This document shows positions 22,479 through 32,292 of a stretch of 64,000 bases of DNA, piece by piece. How positions within the stretch are numbered: the stretch's first letter is position 1; every line of letters starts with the position of its first letter. The position numbers and the translations under genes were made by a program. The stretch is from an uncultured Verrucomicrobiae bacterium (GTDB taxonomy: Bacteria > Verrucomicrobiota > Verrucomicrobiia > Limisphaerales > Palsa-1400), in NCBI GenBank assembly GCA_963707025.1, contig CAVPOM010000004.1:448001-512000 (forward strand). The letters are read 5' to 3'. Below the pieces are notes generated by a model. That model had not been told where the DNA came from and made no database searches. It saw nothing but the letters and a program-made list of their open reading frames with translations.

Positions 22479-23852
22479 TTGACCATCCGTTGAACCTGCC
22501 GAATTATTTCCTGGCCGACCTGCCGCCCGAGGCGGCGCTGACGCCCGGGTTGATCACCGAAGCCTGCCAGACGCTGAAACGCAACCGCGCGCGCTATCTG
22601 GAGGGGCGCACCACCGAGAGCCTCATCCAATGCCTGGACGGCATCGGGCGCGACTGGCTGGAAGCCGATTATCCCTTCCGCCGGGCATGCCCTGGAAGCC
22701 GGGCCGGCGGCGACCGGTTTTTCCGCGGCGGTGTTGGCGGCGGGGCTGGACAGTTTTTTCCAGCAACTGACGGCGGAGAATTTGGAGGGTTTGCTGCGGC
22801 AGGAGCTGGGGCATCCGCACCGCCTGGACGATTTTTTTCCGGGTGATCACGAACGGGCCTCCAACCGCGTGGCGCTGGCGCGCGGGCCGCAGTTGCTGGC
22901 GCACATCGCGCCCGGCAACATCCCCAGCGCGGTCATGCAGGGCTTGGTGCTGGGTTTGCTGGCGCGGTCGGCCCAATTTGTCAAATGCGCCACCGGCCAG
23001 GCCTTCCTGGCGCGCCTGTTCGCCCATTCCCTTTACGAGGCGGAGGCCAAACTGGGCGCCTGCCTGGAGGTGGCCGAATGGCCGGGCGGGACGGAGAACC
23101 TGGAGGCGGCGCTCTTTGCCGAGGCGGATTGCGTGGCGGCGACGGGCAGCGACGAAACGCTCGCGGCCATCCGCAGGACGTTGCCGGGGCAGGTGCGCTT
23201 CGTCGGTTATGGCACGCGGGTCAGTTTCGGCTTTGTGGCCAGGGACGCGCTGAGCGGACGCCACCCGGAAACCATCGCGGCGCAGGCGGCGCAGGATGTG
23301 GCGGCGTGGAACCAGCTTGGGTGCCTTTCGCCGCATGTCATTTATGTGGAGCAGGGCGGGAGGATTGGGGCGGAAGGCTTTGCCGACTTGCTCGCCGGAG
23401 CGCTGGAGGCGCTGGAAAAAACCCATCCGCGCGGCCGGCTGGCGGCGCGGGAAGCGGCCGGGATCGCGGCGCGGCGCTCCTTTTACGAGGTGCGCGCCGC
23501 CCATTCCCCGGACACGAAAATGTGGGCCAGTTCGGAATCCACCGCCTGGACGGTGGTGTTGGAGACGGAGGCGCAGTTCCAAGTGTCGTGTTTGAACCGG
23601 TTTGTTTATGTCAAGGCGGTCAACGATGTGAGGGAGGCCTTGCAGGCGGCGGACCCGGTGCGGGAAAACATTTCCACGGTGGGCCTGGCCAGCAGCGGAG
23701 CGCGGGCGGCGGAACTGGCGCAGCAATTCGCCCGCTGGGGCGCGCGGCGGATTTGCCCGCTGGGCCAGATGCAGAACCCGCCCCTGGGCTGGCGCCACGA
23801 CGGCCGCCCGGCGCTGGGGGATTTGCTGACCTGGAGCGAGTGGGAGAAGTAA
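22475..23852 (+). CDS. LuxC-like acyl-CoA reductase (one frameshift near 22690)
   Basis: [31 protein letters not shown] (catalytic Cys), [21 protein letters not shown]. The N-terminus is in a different frame. Confidence 0.85.
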
Positions 23853-23935
23853 GAAAATGCAGAATGCAGAACGCAAAAGGCAGAATGAGAAATGGAAAAG
23901 GCAGAATGAGAAACGCAAAAGGAGAAAAACTAAAA
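23853..23935 (+). repeat. Purine-rich intergenic repeat
   Basis: Repeats of AAAAGGCAGAATGAGAAA and AATGCAG between the luxC-like gene and queD. Confidence 0.7.
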
Positions 23936-24289
23936 ATGGAGTTGCGAAAAACATTTCAATTTGAAGCGGCGCATTTGCTGCCCCATCTGCCCAAATCCCA
24001 CAAATGCCGCCGCTTGCACGGGCACAGCTTCAAGGTCGAGGTGGCCGTCTCCGGCCCGTGCCATCCCAAGCTGGGCTGGGTGATGGATTACGCGGAAATC
24101 GCGGAGGCCTTCCAGCCGATTTGGCAGCAACTGGATCATAATTATTTGAATGACATCCGCGGCCTGGAAAATCCGACCAGCGAAAACCTCGCCCTCTGGA
24201 TTTGGCAAAGATTGAAGCCGCGCCTGCCATTGTTGACAGAGGTGGTGGTGGCCGAGACCTGCACCGCCCGCTGTGTTTACCGGGGTTAA
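23936..24289 (+). CDS. queD: 6-carboxy-5,6,7,8-tetrahydropterin synthase
   Basis: [39 protein letters not shown]. Confidence 0.95.
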   Translation: MELRKTFQFEAAHLLPHLPKSHKCRRLHGHSFKVEVAVSGPCHPKLGWVMDYAEIAEAFQPIWQQLDHNYLNDIRGLENPTSENLALWIWQRLKPRLPLLTEVVVAETCTARCVYRG

Positions 24290-24386
24290 TGAAACCTTTG
24301 GCTCGGGCGCGGCGTCTGTGTTGGCATTGAATCCAATCTTGACCGCACGCCGGCTTCGCCTGATTATTTAACGGGGATAACCATAT

Positions 24387-27300
24387 ATGAATTTGCCAAA
24401 AAACCTCCTCTCCGTCCGCAGCCTCGCCGCCGCCGCGATGGCCGCCATCATTCCAGCCAGCCTGGGCGCGTTCGTGCCGCCGACGGGAATCAGTTTGTCG
24501 AGCCTCTATTCCTTCGCCAACGCCGCCAACCCGGTGGCCAGCCTGGTGCAGGGCACGAATGGAAATTTCTACGGCACAATGGAGGGATCAGGAACAAACT
24601 TCCTGGGCGCGGTGTTCGTGCTCACGCCGTCCGGCGCTTTTACCGATCTGGTTTTGTTTAACGGCGCCAACGGCTCCACGCCCGCCTGCCCTTTGTTTTT
24701 GTCCACGGATGGCAATTTCTACGGCACCACGGCAAAGGGAGGGACCGGCAACCAAGGCATTCTTTTTAAAATGTCGCCCTCGGGCAGCTTCACCATTCTG
24801 GCGCGATTTCAGGGAGCCAATGGGGCCAATCCCATAGGCGGCCTGGTGCGGGGTGCGAAGGGATATTTTTACGGCACGACCTGGGCCGGGGGATCCAACG
24901 GGGTGGGGGAGGTCTTTGCGTGGTCCCCGGCCATCGGCGTGAGCAATCTGTATTCGTTTAACGGCACCGATGGCGCCAATCCGCCGGGCGGGTTGGTGGC
25001 CGGTTTGGACGGCAACTTGTATGGCACCACTTACCTGGGCGGGGCGAATGGATTGGGCACGGTCTTTCAACTCACTCCGTCGAACACGCTGAACACGCTG
25101 GTTTCATTTTCGCTGACCAACGGCGCGTTTCCATTGGGGCTGGTGCGGGCGCCCAATGGCCTGATGTATGGCGCGGCCTTTGCCGGCGGGACTAATAATT
25201 TTGGCTCGGTTTTCGAGGTGACAACGACGGGCGGTCTCACCACGCTGGCCTCCTTCGGCATCGGCAACGGGGCCAATCCCCAGGCTTCCGTCATCCTGGG
25301 CGCCGACGGCTTCCTCTATGGCACGACGGTGCAAGGCGGTGCGGACGGCAAAGGCGTCATTTTCCGGGTGTCCACCAATGCCACCGTTGGCAGCGGCCGT
25401 GGCGGCGGCCGGGGCGGCGGCCGGGGGTCAGGCGGGTCGGGGACCAGCTCGGCGGTCTTGACCAATCTGGTTTTCTTTTCCGGCTTCAACGGCGCTTTTC
25501 CACAGGGAGGACTGATGCAGGCCGGCGACGGCAATATTTACGGCACAACGACGAGCGGCAGCGCGAATGGCTTTGGCAATATCTTTGAGCTGTCCGGTTT
25601 TCCGCCAACCATCTTCGCCCAACCTGCCAGTGAGGACTTCGCGGTCAAAGCGACCAACCACTTTACGGTGGGGGCCACCGGCTCGGCCCCGTTGAGTTAT
25701 CAATGGGTCATGGCGGGGACTAATCTGACCGACGGCGGGAACATTTCCGGCGCGACCAACAGCGAGCTGACCCTGGCGCCCGCCGTGCTGTCCGATGCGG
25801 GAAGTTATGTGGTGGTGGTGGCCAACGCTTTTGGCTCGGTCACGAGCGCGGTGGCGACGTTGACGGTCCCGCCCCCGGCTCTGACGATCAAGTCGCCCGG
25901 CTCGAGTGTGCCGGGCCTGTCGCTGACCATGCACGGAAGCGCTTCGGGCAAATTCGGGGTGGCCAATGTGCAATATCAACTCAACGGCGGGGCGTGGAGT
26001 CCGGCCGCGACGACCAACCAATGGACCAATTGGTCGGCCCTGGTGTTCTTGCCGCCCGGAACCAACAGTTTCCAGGCTTACAGCGTGGACCCTGTTGGCA
26101 ATCACTCGCCCACCAACAGCGTGACCTTTTTTTGCGTGATAAAGAGTCCGCTGACCTTGTTGACCAATGGTTTTGGAACGATCAGCCGCAGTTTCTCCGG
26201 GACCAATCTGGTGCTGGACACCAACTATACCGTCACGGCTGTGCCGAACTCAAAGAATCTGTTTTCCAACTGGACCGGGACGATTACGGCGACAAACAAT
26301 CCGCTGAAGTTTCTGATGGTGTCGAATATGACCTTGACGGCCAACTTTGTGACCAATTCTTTCCTGCGCGCGGCCGGAACCTACAACGGACTGTTTTATG
26401 TTGACGGCGCCGTGGGCGCGGAAAGCTCCGGTTTGCTGGGCGGCTTGACGGTGGGAACGCAGGGAGTTTACACGGGCAAACTTTATATCGGCGGAAGCAA
26501 CTACGGGGTGCGCGGCAATTTCGATCTGGCGGGCGACGCGAGCAATCAGATCCCGCGGGCGGCCAAATTAGGACCGGTGTTGCTGGCGATGCATTTGGAC
26601 TGGAACAGCACGCCGCCGCAAATAACCGGCACGGTGCAGGGGACCAACGGCGGCGCGTGGACGGCTGCATTGACCAACGAACTGGCGGGAAGCAACCTGC
26701 CTTCCGCCGAATACACGATGCTGATACCGCCTGGACCGGGCGCTTTGGTGCCACCGCCCTCCGGCGTGGCACCGTCGCCCCCCGGCGATGGCTACGCTTT
26801 AATCACCAACCATCTCGGCGCTGTCAGCGTGACGGGTGCTTTGGCCGATGGCACAACTTTCAGCCAGAACATCGCGGAATCGGAAGCCCTGCACCTGCCG
26901 TTTTATGCCACTCCTTACACCAACGGCGGATTGCTGCTGGGCTGGCTGGACCTGGGCAGCGGCGCCCCCGCAGGCAGTCTGACCTGGATTCGCCCAACGG
27001 CGACAAGCGGCTTGTTCACCAATGGCTACACCAACACCGTCACTGTGCAAAGCTCGGCCTGGACCGATCCGGCGGCCAACACGAATATTGTCCAGCCTTT
27101 GCTCCATCATCAAACGGGTGGATCTTTTGTAATGCTGATCCTCGATCAATTGGATATTTCAGGCGGTTTTCTGGAGGCCCCGATTGTCTTCAACGTCTCC
27201 GTGGAATACGCTGGCGGAGAATTAGGGGTGGATGCTGGCGGTGCCACCAATTCGTTGAGCAGCAAGATCGCTCCCAAGACCGGTTTGTTGACCATCACCT

Positions 27301-27428
27301 TCGGCAACGGCCAAGGCACCAACACCACCAGCGCGACCGGGGCGATCCTGCAAAATCACGCGCTGGGCGGCGGCTTTTTCACCACCAAGACCAACGCGGG
27401 AGCGTTCACGCTGATCCCAACCCTATAA
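24387..27428 (+). CDS. Large secreted protein: seven GloVer-like tandem repeats, Ig-like domains and an unknown C-terminal domain
   Basis: Signal peptide and seven copies of G(N)(F/L)YGTT..GG....G.VF. Then Ig motifs PPTIFAQP, PLSYQW, DAGSY. Confidence 0.85.
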   Translation: MNLPKNLLSVRSLAAAAMAAIIPASLGAFVPPTGISLSSLYSFANAANPVASLVQGTNGNFYGTMEGSGTNFLGAVFVLTPSGAFTDLVLFNGANGSTPACPLFLSTDGNFYGTTAKGGTGNQGILFKMSPSGSFTILARFQGANGANPIGGLVRGAKGYFYGTTWAGGSNGVGEVFAWSPAIGVSNLYSFNGTDGANPPGGLVAGLDGNLYGTTYLGGANGLGTVFQLTPSNTLNTLVSFSLTNGAFPLGLVRAPNGLMYGAAFAGGTNNFGSVFEVTTTGGLTTLASFGIGNGANPQASVILGADGFLYGTTVQGGADGKGVIFRVSTNATVGSGRGGGRGGGRGSGGSGTSSAVLTNLVFFSGFNGAFPQGGLMQAGDGNIYGTTTSGSANGFGNIFELSGFPPTIFAQPASEDFAVKATNHFTVGATGSAPLSYQWVMAGTNLTDGGNISGATNSELTLAPAVLSDAGSYVVVVANAFGSVTSAVATLTVPPPALTIKSPGSSVPGLSLTMHGSASGKFGVANVQYQLNGGAWSPAATTNQWTNWSALVFLPPGTNSFQAYSVDPVGNHSPTNSVTFFCVIKSPLTLLTNGFGTISRSFSGTNLVLDTNYTVTAVPNSKNLFSNWTGTITATNNPLKFLMVSNMTLTANFVTNSFLRAAGTYNGLFYVDGAVGAESSGLLGGLTVGTQGVYTGKLYIGGSNYGVRGNFDLAGDASNQIPRAAKLGPVLLAMHLDWNSTPPQITGTVQGTNGGAWTAALTNELAGSNLPSAEYTMLIPPGPGALVPPPSGVAPSPPGDGYALITNHLGAVSVTGALADGTTFSQNIAESEALHLPFYATPYTNGGLLLGWLDLGSGAPAGSLTWIRPTATSGLFTNGYTNTVTVQSSAWTDPAANTNIVQPLLHHQTGGSFVMLILDQLDISGGFLEAPIVFNVSVEYAGGELGVDAGGATNSLSSKIAPKTGLLTITFGNGQGTNTTSATGAILQNHALGGGFFTTKTNAGAFTLIPTL

Positions 27429-27468
27429 CAATAGTTTTGACACAGCCGCCGGCGCGGCCCCCCAAGCC

Positions 27469-28032
27469 ATGACCGTTTATTCGCCACAGATCATCGGTTC
27501 GCTTTGGGGCGCGTCCGAATTCTGCCTGCTGCTCTTCAAGCGATCCAAGTCAGGCGCCGTCTCCAAGGACCGCCATTCCTTGGCCGTCATCTGGCTGGTG
27601 ATCCTGGCGGCTATCGCCCTGAGCCTGGTCGCCGCTTACCAACTCCCATCCTGCCGGCTGGCCGCTTCCAAGCTTGTCACTTCGATCTCCTGCGGACTCC
27701 TGATTTTTGGCGTTGCTCTGCGCTGGTATGCGATTCTGTATCTTGGGCGCTTCTTCACCGCCAACGTCGCGATCCACGCCGGCCACCAGGTGGTGGATTC
27801 CGGGCCCTATCGTTTCATTCGCCATCCCAGTTATACCGGATGCCTTCTGGCCGCGGCGGGTTACGCGATGACTTTGCACAACTGGGCCTCATTGGTGATA
27901 ATCGTCCTGCCGTGCGTCGCCGTGATGCTCTGGCGCATCCACATCGAGGAACAAGCCTTGCGCGAGGCGCTGGGCGAACGGTATTCCAGTTACATGCGGC
28001 GCACGCGGCGCCTGATTCCCTTCCTTTATTAA
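27469..28032 (+). CDS. Isoprenylcysteine carboxylmethyltransferase (ICMT/PEMT) family membrane protein
   Basis: LGRFFT, GPYRFIRHPSYTG, RIHIEEQAL, Y..YMRRT.RLIP. Confidence 0.9.
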   Translation: MTVYSPQIIGSLWGASEFCLLLFKRSKSGAVSKDRHSLAVIWLVILAAIALSLVAAYQLPSCRLAASKLVTSISCGLLIFGVALRWYAILYLGRFFTANVAIHAGHQVVDSGPYRFIRHPSYTGCLLAAAGYAMTLHNWASLVIIVLPCVAVMLWRIHIEEQALREALGERYSSYMRRTRRLIPFLY

Positions 28033-28223
28033 AGGCAAAAACGTCCGTTTCACTCCCAAAGCGGCACTGGCCTTCCGCACTCCACGAGCCTTCGCGTTCA
28101 CCGGGCGCGACCGAATCGCCGGCAGGTCTTGGAGTGCGGGCGCGCCGGCGCCGTTTTCCCGCTGCGGGCACAGGAATCAGTCTCGATCGCAAGTCGCGTT
28201 GGCGGGCAGGAGGCAAAGGGGGA

Positions 28224-29245
28224 TCACTCCCCAAAATTGCGCAAAATGTTTTGGGCGGAGCGCTTGACGCTTTCGCTCAGTTCCGGCGGCTGGAGGACGC
28301 GGGCATGGCCGGCCCAGCCGAGAATCCAGCGCTCCACCTCGGCCAGGCTGGAAAGTTTCATGCGCAGCTCCACGCCGCCGTCGGGCAATTCGCGCAGTTG
28401 CTGCGATTCGTGCCATTTCTTCTCGCGAATGTAATCGGCAACCATTTCCTGAAACGGATGACCACCTCGAACTCGCCCTGGCCGGATTGCACGCCAAAGC
28501 TGTCGCGCAGCCGTTTTTCCAGGGAGAACTTTTGCGGGCGCTCAAAGGTTTTGCCGGTGAGCCGGACGGCCTGGATGCGGGCGGGCACGAAGGTGCGGAT
28601 GTCCTTGCGCAGATGATCGAAGGCGAAGAGAAACCATTCGCCGTTGATGTTGGCCAGGTGATAGGGGTCCACCAGGCGCTGCTCGGTCTCGCGGCTGGCC
28701 GGGCTTGCGGTAGGTCAGTTCGCAGTTGCTGGCGCCGCGGCGGTGGCTTTGGCCAGGGCGTCGAAGATCTCCAGATTCAGAATCGGCTCGGCGCGGGTGC
28801 GGAAGGAGATGGTCTGCTCCCAGTCGGCCAGGTTGAGCGAAATGGTGTCGGGCAGGGACTGCTCCATTTTTTTGAAGGCGCTGAGCAGGGGCCTCTCGAA
28901 GCTGGTGCCGCGATATTGCTGCAGGGCCTTCTCCGCCACGACCAGCGCGAACAATTCGCCTTCGGTAATCTGCAGGGTGGGGAAGGCGCTGACTTCCTCG
29001 GTGTAATGGTAGCCGTGGTGCGCGGCGCATCGAACTCCAGCGGCAGCTCCAGCCGGTCGCGCATGAATTCCAGGTCGCGGTGAATGGATCTTGGTGCTGA
29101 CTTCCAGTTCGCGGGCCAGGGAGGCGGCGTTGGGGTATTTGCCCGATTGAATGGCCTGATGAATCCGCAGCATCCGCTCCAACGGCGGGCGCGGAATGAA
29201 GCAGAGCGTGACTTTACCTGGCTTTGAGGCACGCGTCAGGTTCAA
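28224..29245 (-). CDS. WYL-domain HTH transcriptional regulator (frameshifted)
   Basis: HTH ARELEVS..IHRDLEFMRD, VDPYHLANINGEWFLFAFDHLRKDIRTF..RI, and WCX-type tail EVERWILGWAG. Split over several frames. Confidence 0.85.
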
Positions 29246-30394
29246 GCTTCAAACCTTACCAGCTTGGCGAGCAATTCGTCGTTGGTCTTGTGCTTCTTGA
29301 GCGCGGCGGTGAGCGTTTCCATCGCTTCGATGGGATTCAAGTCCACCATCATGCGGCGCAGTTTGCGGATGGCTTCGATTGTTCTTGGCGGGAAAAAGTT
29401 TCTCCTCCTTGCGCGTGCCGCTCTTGGGAATGTCAATGGCCGGGAACAGGCGGCGGTCGGAAAGCTTGCGGTCCAGAATCAGCTCCATGTTGCCCGTGCC
29501 TTTGAACTCCTGGAAAATCAGTTCGTCCATGCGCGAGCCGGTGTCCACCAGCGCCGTGGCCAGGATGGTCAGCGAGCCGCCTTCTCGATCTTGCGCGCCG
29601 AGGCGAACATCTTGCGCGGGAATTTCCAGCGCGCGCGCGTCCACGCCGCCGGTCATCGTGCGGCCGCTGCCGCCGTGCACGCTGTTGTAGGCGCGGGCAA
29701 TGCGCGTGAGCGAATCCAGCAGCACAAAAACGTCCTTGCCGGCTCTCCACCATGCGCCGGCAGCGCTCGATCATGAAGCGCGAGAGGCGGACGTGCGTTT
29801 CCAGATCCTGGTCGTTGGAGGAGGCCACGACCTCGGCCTTGACCGAGCGCTGGAAATCGGTGACTTCCTCCGGGCCGCTCGTCAATCAGCAGCACCATGG
29901 CGTGGACTTCGGGATGATTGGTGGTGATGGCGTTGCAGATCTGCTTGAGGATGGTGGTCTTGCCGGTGCGCGGCGGGGCGACAATCAGGCCGCGCGTGCC
30001 CTTGCCGATCGGCGTGACCAGGTCAATGACGCGCGTCTCGATCAGGTCGGGGCTGGTTTCCAGCTTGAACTTTTCAATGGGGTCAATGGTCGTCAGATTT
30101 TCGAAGCGGACGGCCTTGGTATAGTCCTCGAAGGGCATGTCGTTGACCTTGTTCGACGGCCTTGAGCTGCGGGCTGGTGCCGCGATGCGGCGGCTGGGTT
30201 GGGCCGGCGACGAGGCTGCCTTCGCGCAGGAAGCTGCGCCGGATGGTGTCCGGCGTGACAAAGATGTCGCGTCGGCTTGGGGTGGAAATGGTTTTGCGCG
30301 GTGCGCAGGAAACCGAAGCCCTTTTCGGAAATTTCCAGATAGCCGGAGCCGTAGTCCGGCGATGTTGTCGCCGTTGTTGTTGTGCGTTGCTCAT
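29242..30394 (-). CDS. rho: Transcription termination factor Rho (frameshifted)
   Basis: [91 protein letters not shown]. Confidence 0.93.
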
Positions 30395-30666
30395 AAATGT
30401 GTTTGTAATGTGCGAAGGCCTAAAGAATTATCCCGAAAACTCGGTATTGAACTTTGAATTTTTGGAGAACTGACCGTGGCGGCTCACTCCACTGCACATC
30501 TCGCCCAACGCGACAGTCGCATCAAACCTTCGACATGCCTATTTATTACCGGCGCAAACCCGGCCGCGCAACCGCCTAACACAGTTTTCTTGCCGGAATA
30601 CAATTGGCACAATGGCCGGATCTCCATCGATTCCATCGCTCAAATCCGCCGTCAACTCAACGGCTT

Positions 30667-31656
30667 TCAACCGCCCACCGCCGCGCGCGCCTCCGCCGCC
30701 AGCGGCGTGCTCAAATAGCGTTCGCCGGTGGAACAGGCGATGGTGACGATCAGTTTGCCCTTGTTTTCCGGGCGTTTGGCCACTTCGATGGCCGCCACGA
30801 CGTTGGCGCCGGACGAGATGCCGCACCAGAATGCCTTCTTCCTTCGCCAGCCGCCGCGCCATGGCAAACGCGTCGTCGTTGGTAACCTGAATGCATTCGG
30901 CGATCTGCGGATTGCCCTTGCTGTCCTTCAAATGCAGGTTTTTGGGGATGAAACCCGGCGCCGAGTGCCCTGAATCTTGTGCGGGCCGGGCTTGAGCGGC
31001 TGGCCGGCCAAGCGTCTGGGAAATCACCGGCGAATCCTTCGGCTCCACCGCAATGGCCGTGAAACGACGGCTTGCGCGGCTTGATGACTTCGACGCAACC
31101 GGTGATGGTGCCGCCGGTCCCGACCGCCGCGACCAGAATGTCCACCTTGCCGTCGGTGTCGGCCCAGATTTCCTCGGCCGTGGTCTTGCGATGAATTTCA
31201 GGATTGGCCGGATTGTCGAACTGCTGCGGAATCCAGGAGTTCGGCGTTTCCTTGGCCAACTGCTCGGCCTTGGCGATGGCGCCTTTCATGCCTTCGGCGC
31301 CGGGCGTCAAAACCAGCTTCGCGCCCAGCATCGCCAGCAGCGTGCGCCGTTCCAGCGACATGGTTTCGGGCATGGTCAGAATGAGCTTGTAACCCTTGGC
31401 CGCGGCGACGAACGCCAGCGCGATGCCGGTGTTGCCGCTGGTCGGCTCGATGATCACCGTGTCCTTCTTCAGAACGCCGCGCTTTTCGGCGTCTTCAATC
31501 ATGGACATGCCGATGCGGTCCTTGACGCTGCCGAGCGGATTGAAAAACTCGCACTTGAGCAGAATGGTGGCGTGCAGCGCCGGCGGTGACTTTGTTCAGT
31601 TTGACCAGCGGCGTGTGCCCGACGGTTTCGACGATGTTATTGTAGATGCGTCCCAT
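30667..31656 (-). CDS. cysK: Cysteine synthase A (frameshifted)
   Basis: [59 protein letters not shown]. Confidence 0.93.
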
Positions 31657-31803
31657 AAGAATCAATCGGGTTAATATTCTTGCAACTTTTACTTTCGACG
31701 CTGCATTTTGGCGCAACGTTCGATCAGGGCAAGCGTTTTTTTGGGGTTTTTGGGTTCCCCCGCGGCCGATTTATGAAGTTCCTGGTGTTCTTATGGTCCA
31801 GGG

Positions 31804-31901
31804 TCAAGATGCAAAAAAAAGATGAACCCGAGCCAGTCCAGCGACCCGGGCCAGTTCTGCCTGCGCGGCGTCGCAAGTAATGAACATTTTTCAATTTTCA
31901 C
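31804..31901 (-). pseudogene. Remnant of a PIN/VapC-type toxin gene, most of the body deleted
   Basis: GTG AAA ATT overlaps the antitoxin stop, followed within ~15 bp by MFITCDAAQAELARVAGL, a typical PIN C-terminal motif. Confidence 0.6.
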
Positions 31902-32146
31902 CGTCGTCGTCGTTGCCGTTCCTGCAATACCGGGTTGGGAACACGATCTCTGGATTTAACGCTCTTTTGCGCGCGCCAGACTTCGGCCATGAGGTCAGGC
32001 CAGCCGGCTGGCTCGGCGGCGGCCAGGGGCTCGATCCGCCCGATGGTCCGGCCATTGCGGGTGATGAGCAAAGACTCGCCCTGCTCAAGTTGGTTCAAGA
32101 CCGCCTTGGTTTCCTGGTGCAATTGTTTTGCCGTGATGATGCTCAC
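31898..32146 (-). CDS. Phd/YefM-family antitoxin
   Basis: ITAKQLHQETKAVLNQLEQGESLLITRNGRTIGRIEP. Confidence 0.8.
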   Translation of the reverse strand: MSIITAKQLHQETKAVLNQLEQGESLLITRNGRTIGRIEPLAAAEPAGWPDLMAEVWRAQKSVKSRDRVPNPVLQERQRRRR

Positions 32147-32292
32147 ATCCTGAAAGTAAGACCTTCAAAGTGTCTCCACAAGCCCAAGACTTTCCAGAAA
32201 AGCACTTCGTCCATTTCCTGGCGGAAGAACCAGCTCTGGATTCCCTGCGACGGCTGCTTGGGATTCCACCCATCCGGTATCAAGTTTCGAGT

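Noticed and set aside
21366..23852. Bioluminescence operon
   Set aside because: No luxA/luxB luciferase, luxD or luxG in the window.
29242..31656. Programmed frameshifting or true pseudogenes for rho and cysK
   Set aside because: There are several scattered indels per gene with no slippery-site logic, which is better explained as sequencing error.
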